Below are positions 49,193 through 56,676 of a stretch of DNA of 64,000 nucleotides, piece after piece; the stretch's first letter is position 1, and each line of letters opens with the position of its first letter. The notes beneath the pieces are model-generated. The model searched no databases, was not told where the DNA came from, and saw only the letters and a program-made list of their open reading frames with translations. The position numbers were made by a program, and so were the translations under genes. The stretch spans positions 124,001 through 188,000 of IMG/VR virus record IMGVR_UViG_3300019458_000020. One strand, given 5' to 3'.

Positions 49193-49389
49193 CCCCTCCA
49201 GTCTTTTTCTTAACCTTTTTATATTGGATGTTTGGGGTGAAATGTCTATTTGTTTAAGAATTTGAGCGTAGGATATAGAGTCATTAACCAATCGTTTTAA
49301 TTCTTCTTTATTTATCTGGTAAATTTTCCCATTCATATCAATACATATATTCATATCGATAAAAACTTCGGAGGAGTTTATTCAAATAC

Positions 49390-49467
49390 TGGCGCTCACG
49401 GTAGGATTCGAACCTACATAATCCTGATTAGAAGTCAGGTGCCTGTTCCATTTCGAGCCACGGGAGC
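49390..49467 (-). tRNA. trnR: tRNA-Arg(TCT)
   Basis: CCTGA CTTCTAA TCAGG; CCA. Confidence 0.92.
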
Positions 49468-49524
49468 ATTAAATTTTTTCGGAGCAACTCTTTCGAATCA
49501 CTCCATCGTCTTTCGACGAGAAGA

Positions 49525-49605
49525 TGGTCACGGTCCGTGGACTTAAACCACGTAATTGCCGGCTCCATGAGATGCCGGTGACTCGTAAACTTTGTCTTAA
49601 CCGCG
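49525..49605 (-). tRNA. Atypical tRNA-Met-like (CAT) with extended, bulged anticodon stem
   Basis: CGCGGTT/GACCGTG acceptor, A73, CCA; CCGGC-ATCTCATGGA-GCCGG; T-arm CGTGG TTTAAGT CCACG. Confidence 0.6.
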
Positions 49606-49611
49606 ATAAAA

Positions 49612-49812
49612 TTACTTACCCTTACCACTCAATTCCTTCGTTAATTCAGCAAGTCTTTGAGTTTTCATACTTCTTTGTTCCGAAGTAAGTTCCTTGTCTG
49701 ACAAACGACGATTGAGACGGTTCAATCTATTTCTCTTTTTTCCTAAAATGTGTGCATCATTCATAATATTTGATTGTATAATTTTTAAATAACATTGTAT
49801 TGTTTTGCCCAT
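49612..49812 (-). CDS. Small basic hypothetical protein
   Basis: ORF track. Confidence 0.4.
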   Translation of the reverse strand: MGKTIQCYLKIIQSNIMNDAHILGKKRNRLNRLNRRLSDKELTSEQRSMKTQRLAELTKELSGKGK

Positions 49813-50366
49813 TTTCTAATTGAATTATCAGTTACTCCATAAATTCTTGAAATAGATAATATAGAATTTTCCTTTATTAACTTAATCAATTCTTTTTTAG
49901 ATGGTCTTTCACACTTTCTGTAACTCATATCTCTACAATTAGTAGAACAAAACTTTTGTTTACCTCTGGCATCAAAATCCTTTTTACAATGTCCACAAAT
50001 CTTCATATTCTTCTGAGTAATATGTATTTTATTTTTCCACGGAATAGTAGATATAATTAAATCTCTTCCACCGTATTCTTCTACATCTTTAAGAAATTGT
50101 TCATTTTCATAATCAGAATGATGTATTGAATGACAATTAGAACATAATAAATCACATTTTTCTACTTCTTTCCAATATTTTTCCCAGTTTGTTGTTACCA
50201 TATTAGATATACCAAATTCTTTTCCCCTCGGGTCTCTATGATGAAAATCGAAGGCCGCTATGTTTCCACTCCAACCACAATTTTTACATTTTCCACCTTT
50301 AAGCCTGACAGCTTCTCTTTTTAATCTAAACCTTCTTATTTTTGTTAAATATGCTTGTTTTGTCAT
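49785..50366 (-). CDS. HNH endonuclease with Zn-ribbon and HTH tail
   Basis: KGGKCKNCG...FDFHHRDP...EVEKCDLLCSNCH..HH. Confidence 0.88.
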   Translation of the reverse strand: MTKQAYLTKIRRFRLKREAVRLKGGKCKNCGWSGNIAAFDFHHRDPRGKEFGISNMVTTNWEKYWKEVEKCDLLCSNCHSIHHSDYENEQFLKDVEEYGGRDLIISTIPWKNKIHITQKNMKICGHCKKDFDARGKQKFCSTNCRDMSYRKCERPSKKELIKLIKENSILSISRIYGVTDNSIRKWAKQYNVI

Positions 50367-50422
50367 ACCAATACATATTGGTAATCACATCATGATTATT
50401 ACTTTATACAAGGGTTCAAAAT

Positions 50423-50496
50423 TGGTGCTCAGAGCCAGAATCGCACTGGCAAAACACACTTATCGGGTGTGCAGTTTACTATTAACTTATCCGAGC
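50423..50496 (-). tRNA. trnI: tRNA-Ile(GAT), T-loop TGCGATT
   Basis: CACAC CCGATAA GTGTG; CCA. Confidence 0.82.
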
Positions 50497-50503
50497 AAAA
50501 AAT

Positions 50504-50577
50504 TGGAGCCGAATGTCGGTACTGCCCCGACGCATTTAGTTTACGAAACTAACAGGCTGCTTTTACATCAATTCGGC
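50504..50577 (-). tRNA. trnT: tRNA-Thr(CGT), T-loop GGCAGTA
   Basis: TTAGT TTCGTAA ACTAA; CCA. Confidence 0.82.
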
Positions 50578-50624
50578 AAAATTTTAAAACATTTTATAAT
50601 CCTTACGAAGATATTTATAATTAT

Positions 50625-51185
50625 ATGATTTCTCTAATAATTTTGATTCTCATATCCATCGTTTATCTTTCATTTTTCGAATGGACTCTACATCGTTATG
50701 TCATGCATCGTCCGTTTTGGTTAACGAATTATCCATTCAAACATCATGTTCAAATTCATCATCATATTTTCAATGTCGATGAAACATATCATCTTATAAA
50801 CGAAAAGGATAAATTCACAATTCCTATGGCATGGTGGAACGGACCAGTATTGATATCCATTGCATCACTTCCATTCTTATTAATAAGTTTGTTAACAGGA
50901 TTATGGAGTGTATTCTTTACATTTTCCATTGTTGGATATTTGTATTATGCAACCTATGAATATATTCATTGGTGTATGCATCTTCCAAAAAATAGAAACG
51001 TTGAACGTTCTGGATTATTCTTTCGTTTGAACGGCCATCATTTACTTCATCATCGTTACATGCACAAGAACTTTAATGTTGTATGTCCTATAGCAGACTT
51101 TTGCTTGGGAACGTTATTATTACGTTCAAAAGTTAAGTTTGCTCAAGCTAGAGGAAATTCTGTTCCAGACGTTCAACCCAAGTAA
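50625..51185 (+). CDS. Fatty-acid hydroxylase/sterol desaturase superfamily membrane protein
   Basis: His boxes EWTLHRYVMH, HHVQIHHH, EYIHWCMH, HHLLHH; TM segments. Confidence 0.85.
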   Translation: MISLIILILISIVYLSFFEWTLHRYVMHRPFWLTNYPFKHHVQIHHHIFNVDETYHLINEKDKFTIPMAWWNGPVLISIASLPFLLISLLTGLWSVFFTFSIVGYLYYATYEYIHWCMHLPKNRNVERSGLFFRLNGHHLLHHRYMHKNFNVVCPIADFCLGTLLLRSKVKFAQARGNSVPDVQPK

Positions 51186-51192
51186 ATTAATT

Positions 51193-51288
51193 CGATAAAT
51201 TGAGGGATTCGAACCCCAGTTGTGACCAACAACATTTCTCATCAGCTACTAACTGACTTTGCCATGACTTGTACTTCATCATTTATCG
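51193..51288 (-). ncRNA. Expanded tRNA-like cloverleaf without CCA (loop TT-AGT-AG)
   Basis: CGATAAAT/ATTTATCG stem; three internal hairpins; GGGG TTCGAAT CCCT T-arm. Confidence 0.5.
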
Positions 51289-51292
51289 AAAT

Positions 51293-51368
51293 TGGCAGCC
51301 CCATTCGGAGTCGAACCGAATTCTACAGATTGAGAATCTATAATCCTTTCCTATTAGACGATGGGGCC
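51293..51368 (-). tRNA. trnE: tRNA-Glu(CTC)
   Basis: TT-CTC-AA; CCA. Confidence 0.88.
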
Positions 51369-51373
51369 TTAAA

Positions 51374-51832
51374 TTACGAAACGACTTCTTTTAATTCTGC
51401 AATCAATTCACTCTTATCGAAGAAAATATTCGTTGCAAATTGATACATTACATCCCATCGTTCAGGTTCTTTATCAAAGAGAATGTATCCCCTTTTTCCT
51501 TGACCTAACATATAACCTAATTCCAAATGTCCGGATTTTCCAGCAGGCATATAAAGAACGCCAATGGATAATCTATCAATGTGATGTTTGTCAAATTCAA
51601 ATACATGCTTTCCAGCATAATTGTTGAGAGCTTGTTTGTATGTACTTCCTCTCAATTTTTCATAGTCTCTCCAGTAATCGTCAGCTTTTGGGCCGGGTGA
51701 AAACCAATCATCGAATATTTCGATGTTAAGATGTTCTCGAAGTTCTTTCGCCAACATAGGAACGTTTTCGTTTCTTAGGCTTCCAATTAGATAAATTCCG
51801 TTTTCGGTAGATTTTGCTTTTGTGGTATTCAT
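51374..51832 (-). CDS. Nucleoside 2-deoxyribosyltransferase-like protein
   Basis: IYLIGS..N; FD...ID; PAGKSGHLELGYM.GQGK. Confidence 0.7.
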   Translation of the reverse strand: MNTTKAKSTENGIYLIGSLRNENVPMLAKELREHLNIEIFDDWFSPGPKADDYWRDYEKLRGSTYKQALNNYAGKHVFEFDKHHIDRLSIGVLYMPAGKSGHLELGYMLGQGKRGYILFDKEPERWDVMYQFATNIFFDKSELIAELKEVVS

Positions 51833-51903
51833 AATTTTTCTGTTTTAAACAACGAATATTATGAATCTACCTCGATAAGAGGAATGTATCAATTTATTTT
51901 AAA

Positions 51904-51979
51904 TGGTAGTCACATCCGGACTCGAACCGGAAACTTAACCTTCGTAGGGTTTTATGATATCCAATTTCACCATGCGACC
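51904..51979 (-). tRNA. trnR: tRNA-Arg(ACG)
   Basis: CT-ACG-AA; CCA. Confidence 0.9.
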
Positions 51980-52077
51980 ATAAAAATCTGGCATCTCCTT
52001 TCAGATTGTCAATCTTCGGATCTGAGGGTTGGAACCCCTGCTTCCTGACGGAACGATTTGCCGTTTGTTTCACAAAT

Positions 52078-52154
52078 TGGAGCAACATGTGGGTAACGCT
52101 CCCACTCGGTATTCTGCTTGGAAGGCAGACGCCTCACTTCTCGGCCAATGTTGC
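52078..52154 (-). tRNA. trnG: tRNA-Gly(TCC), T-loop AGCGTTA
   Basis: TCTGC CTTCCAA GCAGA; CCA. Confidence 0.85.
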
Positions 52155-52163
52155 AATTTAAAA

Positions 52164-52242
52164 TGGTATCGGTAGGGGGAGTCGAACCCACCATGTCTTC
52201 TGGTTGAAAGCCAGATGTGTTAGCCAATTACACCATACCGAC
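52164..52242 (-). tRNA. trnE: tRNA-Glu(TTC)
   Basis: TCTGG CTTTCAA CCAGA; CCA. Confidence 0.9.
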
Positions 52243-52250
52243 ATAAAATT

Positions 52251-53015
52251 TTATTCTTTTGAAACATCGAATGTTTCATTGAAAGTTTTTATGGCATTTT
52301 TATACCCGGCCTTCGATTCATCGAATTTGTCGGCAGTATATTGCCAATTCCAATATAAATCTTTTGGAGTTTGGAATCCATAAAAATGATGAACTTGTTT
52401 TTGGGTTTCCAAAACATCTTTTCCGTTCCAATTCTGTCCAATCAAAATCATTCCGGAGTCAATATCCTTTAGAAGATTCGATTCGCCTAATGTTGAGTGA
52501 CGATTTTCTAACCAACAGAGTCTTTCAATTAATTTTTGATAAATGCTGTTTGTCTGTCCCCAACGAACAGAGACAAAAAATACTATTGCATCCGATTCAA
52601 ATAAAGGTTTTGAAATTTTCCAAAGTTCATCGGACTTATTATTGATATTACACCAACATCTATGATGTCCGGAAGGATTTTTTTCTTTATCTTTTAATAC
52701 AGAATCTTTAGTTCCACAGTGATTTCCATATTTACTTGAAACATTTCCTTCACAAACAAAAATACTTAACTTGCTTACATCAATAAATTGAGATTTGTCT
52801 TTTCCTAATCGTTCATGAACTAATTTAGCCAATTTAGTAGATTTGGCTTCATCATCTTTATGTCCTTCAAATCTATTAGATGTTGAAATCAACAAAACTT
52901 GTTTTTTGTTTTTGAGATAATCGATGGTTTTTTCCAAAAGAAGTGAATTCTTTTCTGCATCTTTATCACTGGATGCTAGTTTTCTTTCTATTAATAGGTC
53001 TTTTAGAAAAATCAT
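52251..53015 (-). CDS. Flavodoxin-like / NADPH-dependent FMN reductase family protein
   Basis: VLLISTSNR..S.KL; I..CEGNVS; DELWKI...LFESDAIVF..SVRWG...KLIERL. Confidence 0.75.
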   Translation of the reverse strand: MIFLKDLLIERKLASSDKDAEKNSLLLEKTIDYLKNKKQVLLISTSNRFEGHKDDEAKSTKLAKLVHERLGKDKSQFIDVSKLSIFVCEGNVSSKYGNHCGTKDSVLKDKEKNPSGHHRCWCNINNKSDELWKISKPLFESDAIVFFVSVRWGQTNSIYQKLIERLCWLENRHSTLGESNLLKDIDSGMILIGQNWNGKDVLETQKQVHHFYGFQTPKDLYWNWQYTADKFDESKAGYKNAIKTFNETFDVSKE

Positions 53016-53059
53016 ACAGATATAAATATCAAACAGATTTTATAATTATTGATTTAAAT

Positions 53060-53134
53060 TGGCCCGGACAGTCGGTAACGCTCCGACCTATATGGGGTTT
53101 CAATCTATCACTAATCTATCTCAGTTATGTCCTG
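53060..53134 (-). tRNA. trnF: Degenerate tRNA-Phe(GAA) (mismatched anticodon stem)
   Basis: TT-GAA-AC loop; two A.C mismatches in the stem; AGCGTTA T-loop; CCA. Confidence 0.55.
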
Positions 53135-53138
53135 AAAA

Positions 53139-53214
53139 TGGTCCCCATACCCGGATTCGAACCGGGCTCTCTCGGTCTTCATCCGAGGGCTATCACCAGA
53201 TTAGCTAAATGGGG
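53139..53214 (-). tRNA. trnF: tRNA-Phe(GAA)
   Basis: CTCGG ATGAAGA CCGAG; CCA. Confidence 0.8.
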
Positions 53215-53223
53215 ATAATTAAA

Positions 53224-53298
53224 TGGCGAACGTGAAGGGAATCGAACCCTCCTAATCGCAGAGACAGTGCGATCGATGACCCAGCCTCTTCCACGTCC
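53224..53298 (-). tRNA. trnD: tRNA-Asp(GTC)
   Basis: TCGCA CTGTCTC TGCGA; G73; CCA. Confidence 0.85.
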
Positions 53299-53410
53299 AT
53301 TAAATTAAATTTCTGGATTTCACAAAGAGTAATTAAACGTAGTACTCCATCTAATTACTGGTTCCGCACGTTGGCGTCTATCAGGTTCTTGTAGTATTAC
53401 CTTACTTCAT

Positions 53411-53481
53411 CAACTCTTTGGAATCGAACCAAATCCTCAACGGCAAATCGTTGACCAATGCTACCATTACACTATTAATTG
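53411..53481 (-). pseudogene. Pseudo-tRNA (D- and T-arms intact, 6-nt anticodon loop, decayed acceptor)
   Basis: TAGTGTAATGGTAGCAT; CAACG ATTTGC CGTTG; TTTGG TTCGATT CCAAA; no CCA. Confidence 0.6.
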
Positions 53482-53681
53482 CCTTCGGTATAATACACAA
53501 TAAAAATCATCCCAGAGTATCGTTGCAACTAGCTTTAAGAAAGTCGAATTTGACACCGTTACAAGTCGCCATTCAAAAGGAGTAATGAATGTCTGAACAG
53601 AGTTTAGCTCCACGTTCTCCGGGGGAAAATTTACAAGGATTTCACTACGATTCTAATGATCACTCGAATCTTAATATTCCA

Positions 53682-53756
53682 TAACAACGACCGGAGTTGC
53701 ACTCGGTACTGTCGGCACTGGGCCGATATGCTTACTACATTACACCACAGTTGTTA
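53682..53756 (-). pseudogene. Pseudo-tRNA (Trp/Leu-like, collapsed anticodon loop)
   Basis: TCGGC CCAGT GCCGA; TGCAACT T-loop; no CCA. Confidence 0.55.
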
Positions 53757-53775
53757 ATGTCTATCTTGTATAAAT

Positions 53776-53850
53776 TGGAGGCCCGTGTTGGAATCGAACC
53801 AACATATATCGTTTTGCAGACGACCGCTTGGGCCACTCAGCCAACGAGCC
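53776..53850 (-). tRNA. trnC: tRNA-Cys(GCA)
   Basis: CT-GCA-AA; U73; CCA. Confidence 0.93.
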
Positions 53851-53857
53851 TTAAAAA

Positions 53858-53931
53858 TGGCGAGCGTAAACGGTTCTGCCCCGTTGCATTCCGATAGACA
53901 GTCGGATAGGCTTCTATTACATCATACGCCC
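53858..53931 (-). tRNA. trnD: tRNA-Asp(GTC), T-loop GGCAGAA
   Basis: TCCGA CTGTCTA TCGGA; CCA. Confidence 0.82.
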
Positions 53932-54246
53932 GTTATTATAAATTTTATCTATAAGATATTTGAACCGTTCCACAGTGAAATCCCACTTCATTAAATTGAC
54001 ATGTTTATGAAGCCATTGAACATTCTCTCTGGTATATCCCTTAGAACTATCAATTCTATCCATCGAGTCGGTTCTATCAAACTTATGAACTTTTGAACTA
54101 AATTGTATGGGTTCTCCGGATAATGCACACTTTCTATCTTGTTTTAAGAAGAGATTCCACAAAAATTTTGTATCAAGGTTTTTGGAAAAAGGAATATTGA
54201 CACAATATATTCTTTTAAATTGATTAATTTTTTCTTTATTGTTCAA
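53917..54246 (-). CDS. His-Me finger (HNH-like) endonuclease, possibly N-terminally truncated
   Basis: KQDRKCALSG...SMDRIDSSKGY...NVQWLHKHVNLMK. Confidence 0.7.
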   Translation of the reverse strand: MNNKEKINQFKRIYCVNIPFSKNLDTKFLWNLFLKQDRKCALSGEPIQFSSKVHKFDRTDSMDRIDSSKGYTRENVQWLHKHVNLMKWDFTVERFKYLIDKIYNNGRMM

Positions 54247-54282
54247 GTGTGACTTGAACTATTCATCTGAATCTAAACAAAA

Positions 54283-54361
54283 TGGTGCGTGTGGAAGGAC
54301 TTTCACCGACACTCTTTCCTCCATTACAGGGAGGCGCCTCTTATATTTGGGCTACACACGG
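54283..54361 (-). tRNA. trnY: Atypical tRNA-Tyr(GTA), short variable loop, weak T-stem
   Basis: CCTCC CTGTAAT GGAGG; TGAAAGT T-loop; CCA. Confidence 0.65.
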
Positions 54362-54506
54362 CATAAATTTCATTTTCACATCGTATCGTCAGACGATTCA
54401 ATGTGAAAACGTAAAAATCCGTCAAGGCTGCTAGTATTCAGCAATATTAACCAAATACTTGCCTTATTTAAAGTGTCCTACACTCACCTTGAGTTTTACG
54501 TAAAAT

Positions 54507-54580
54507 TGGTAGGAGAGGCCGGTTACGCTCCAGCGCCAAGACTTTGTAAGAGTCCCAATCTACTATTAATATACTCCCCC
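54507..54580 (-). tRNA. trnV: tRNA-Val(TAC), T-loop AGCGTAA
   Basis: GGACT CTTACAA AGTCT; CCA. Confidence 0.8.
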
Positions 54581-54589
54581 ATTGAAAAC

Positions 54590-54654
54590 AAGAATCAGAA
54601 ATGACTCCATATCTCATACGACTATCAGGAACTAAACCTGTTCCACTGATTCTT
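54590..54654 (-). repeat. Repeated structured element, copy A (YGGAA-hairpin-TAGTCGTATGAG-N5-GAGTCAT)
   Basis: Closing stem AAGAATCAG/CTGATTCTT; same core as 56791-56849. Confidence 0.7.
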
Positions 54655-54662
54655 TAACAAAT

Positions 54663-54740
54663 TGGTAGCACCTGACGGATTCGAACCCTCACTATCTAGT
54701 TTCTGAGACTAGCGACTCCTACCAGTTGGTCTAAGGTGCC
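54663..54740 (-). tRNA. trnL: tRNA-Leu(CAG), short variable loop
   Basis: CTAGT CTCAGAA ACTAG ATAGT; CCA. Confidence 0.88.
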
Positions 54741-54747
54741 ATGAAAT

Positions 54748-54832
54748 TGGTAGTCGTGGTCCGATTCGAACGGGCAAAGAATACTACATTTTGAGTGTAG
54801 CGGTTGTTCCAGTTTCCCTTATCCACACGACC
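54748..54832 (-). tRNA. trnL: tRNA-Leu(CAA), enlarged D-loop, 8-nt variable loop
   Basis: CTACA CTCAAAA TGTAG; CCA. Confidence 0.8.
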
Positions 54833-54900
54833 ATAATGTTCAGGATATTGACTATGTACACGAATACGTGAACATGACTGGTTTCCTGAACATGAAAAAT

Positions 54901-54978
54901 TGGTACCTGCAGTGGGATTCGAACCTACACTACACAAATTTTAAGTTTGTTGACTGCTTCCAATTGGTCTATACAGGC
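54901..54978 (-). tRNA. trnL: tRNA-Leu(TAA), short variable loop
   Basis: ACAAA CTTAAAA TTTGT GTAGT; CCA. Confidence 0.88.
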
Positions 54979-54985
54979 ATTAAAT

Positions 54986-55071
54986 TGGTCCCCCATGTAG
55001 GTATCGATCCTACCCTGCCCGTAGGCGTTTGTTTTACAGACAAACCTTCGTCCTTAGAAGTATAATGAGGG
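54986..55071 (-). tRNA. trnY: tRNA-Tyr(GTA), T-loop ATCGATA
   Basis: TTTGT CTGTAAA ACAAA; GCCTACGGGC variable arm; CCA. Confidence 0.85.
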
Positions 55072-55072
55072 G

Positions 55073-55264
55073 TTAACCTCTGCATTTTTTACAGAGAAAT
55101 TGTTTTCCATTAAATTCCATAAAATCTTTTCCATCATGTTCATTAATGATTGGTTTGTAATCATGACAACAATCACATTCTTCAACGAGTGAATAATTGG
55201 CATAATATATGAATTCCGCGTCGGTCAAACCTTCTGCTAATTTTTCGTGTGTGTTTATTATCAT
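55073..55264 (-). CDS. Small Zn-ribbon hypothetical protein
   Basis: CDCC...CKKC. Confidence 0.5.
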   Translation of the reverse strand: MIINTHEKLAEGLTDAEFIYYANYSLVEECDCCHDYKPIINEHDGKDFMEFNGKQFLCKKCRG

Positions 55265-55464
55265 AAATCGGCGCCGTTGAATCTTATTTCAGAATCGTCT
55301 CCTTCTTTTATTATCTATGGATGAGCCACAATCACCACAGACTCACAGACATGGAGCAATAACTATGTCCACCTTACAACGAGCAGTGACGCCCTAATTG
55401 CTATATGCTTACGATTGATTACGTAATACCGTAAAGGCCCAGAAACATAGTCCACGGCATAAAT

Positions 55465-55554
55465 TGGTGCGCCGGGTGGGATTTGAACCCACAGTGGAGG
55501 ATTTCCCTCATTAGGTTAAAAGCCTAATAGTTTCAGCCGTTTACTTACCGACAT
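55465..55554 (-). tRNA. trnK: tRNA-Lys(TTT) with long variable arm
   Basis: TTAGG CTTTTAA CCTAA; GAGG-GAAAT-CCTC extra arm; CCA. Confidence 0.82.
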
Positions 55555-55953
55555 GAAAAAACTGACTGGCCCACAAGATAGCAGGCACTTAGGTTGACTC
55601 ACGAATTGTCTTAACCTGTCTTAGAAATGATAATTACGGGTAAAGGCATTTCACCTTTACATCTTCTCTATTAAATGAAATATGCATCTTCCAAATAACT
55701 TTGATTTACTATCCACCATCATCCGGCGGGACTCGAACCCAGCTGTTATTCCGGCGCAATGCGGAACGGCACTCCCTTAGCCATCGGAGCTTTTAGGATA
55801 ACATGACTCTCTTGCATCACCATCAACACTATCATTTTTTAAATTGGTCAACATCATCACCGCCTGAGAGCATGAACCTTATACGGTCTAAGAGGGTCAC
55901 TGACATGCCTCGAATGTTACTCATACTACTTCTGCCGCAGCTGTTGACTAAAT

Positions 55954-56028
55954 TGGTCAGGTAGATGGGACTTGCACCCATACAGTTTCCTTCACAGGGA
56001 AAGATGCTACTATTACATCACGTACCTG
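55954..56028 (-). tRNA. trnH: tRNA-His(GTG) lacking G-1:C73
   Basis: TTTCC CTGTGAA GGAAA; A73 with T encoded at -1; TGCAAGT T-loop; CCA. Confidence 0.8.
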
Positions 56029-56388
56029 ATTTAAGATAAAAATGATATGGGTCGATACCTGACATGAATCTCCACCATCCTAAGATGGATATTTAATGAG
56101 TGAGTCATTTCTTAGATTACCATATCCTACTCGTAACTGCGTAGTTTATCCTAAAAATACAAGATACCGTTTTGGTTTGTTCATTAGACAAGTTTTTTTG
56201 GTTGCTGTTTGGTATCTTAAATCTTTATAGTTTCAAACCAATAATTTAAATTTTCAATTTCTTTTTTCTTAACTATTAAAAGTTTTTTTGGAAATTGTTT
56301 CCATTTTGCATCATCTTTAGGAGTTTGATACCCCTTTACTTCAATGTATATTTCTAGTAGAGCAAACAATTGATTTTTCTTAGGAATT

Positions 56389-56465
56389 TGGTGGTAGATG
56401 CAGGATTCGAACCTGCTACCTCAATCTTATCAAGATTTTGCTCTACCATGATGAGCTAATCTACC
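56389..56465 (-). tRNA. trnI: tRNA-Ile(GAT)
   Basis: TT-GAT-AA; canonical; CCA. Confidence 0.92.
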
Positions 56466-56601
56466 ATTAAAATTGCCGGTTACTCTCTCCCGGAAGTCAT
56501 ACCACTTTCCTTTGAATCGCCACGGCGACTTTTTTCACCGAATGTTTAGGAACTGACAGCACCCCCGTCACAAACATTGATTGGTTGTAGGTATCACAAA
56601 T

Positions 56602-56676
56602 TGGTGGAGCCACGGGGAATCGAACCCCGATCTATGGATTGCAAATCTACCGTATTACCATTATACAGATGACCCC
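56602..56676 (-). tRNA. trnA: tRNA-Ala(TGC)
   Basis: TT-TGC-AA; G3.U70; CCA. Confidence 0.9.

Noticed and set aside
52040-52056. SRP RNA helix 8 (TCAGG...AAGCAG)
   Set aside because: The intervening GNRA-capped stem is missing and there is no long SRP helix.
54590-54654. Hammerhead ribozyme reading of the repeated motif (GGAAC, GTATGAG, GTC)
   Set aside because: Core elements deviate from CUGAUGA/GAAA/UH and are in incompatible positions.
55635-55790. Two further tRNA genes
   Set aside because: Only isolated T-arms and an 8-nt-loop hairpin; acceptor stems are broken and CCA is absent, so they are treated as decayed remnants.
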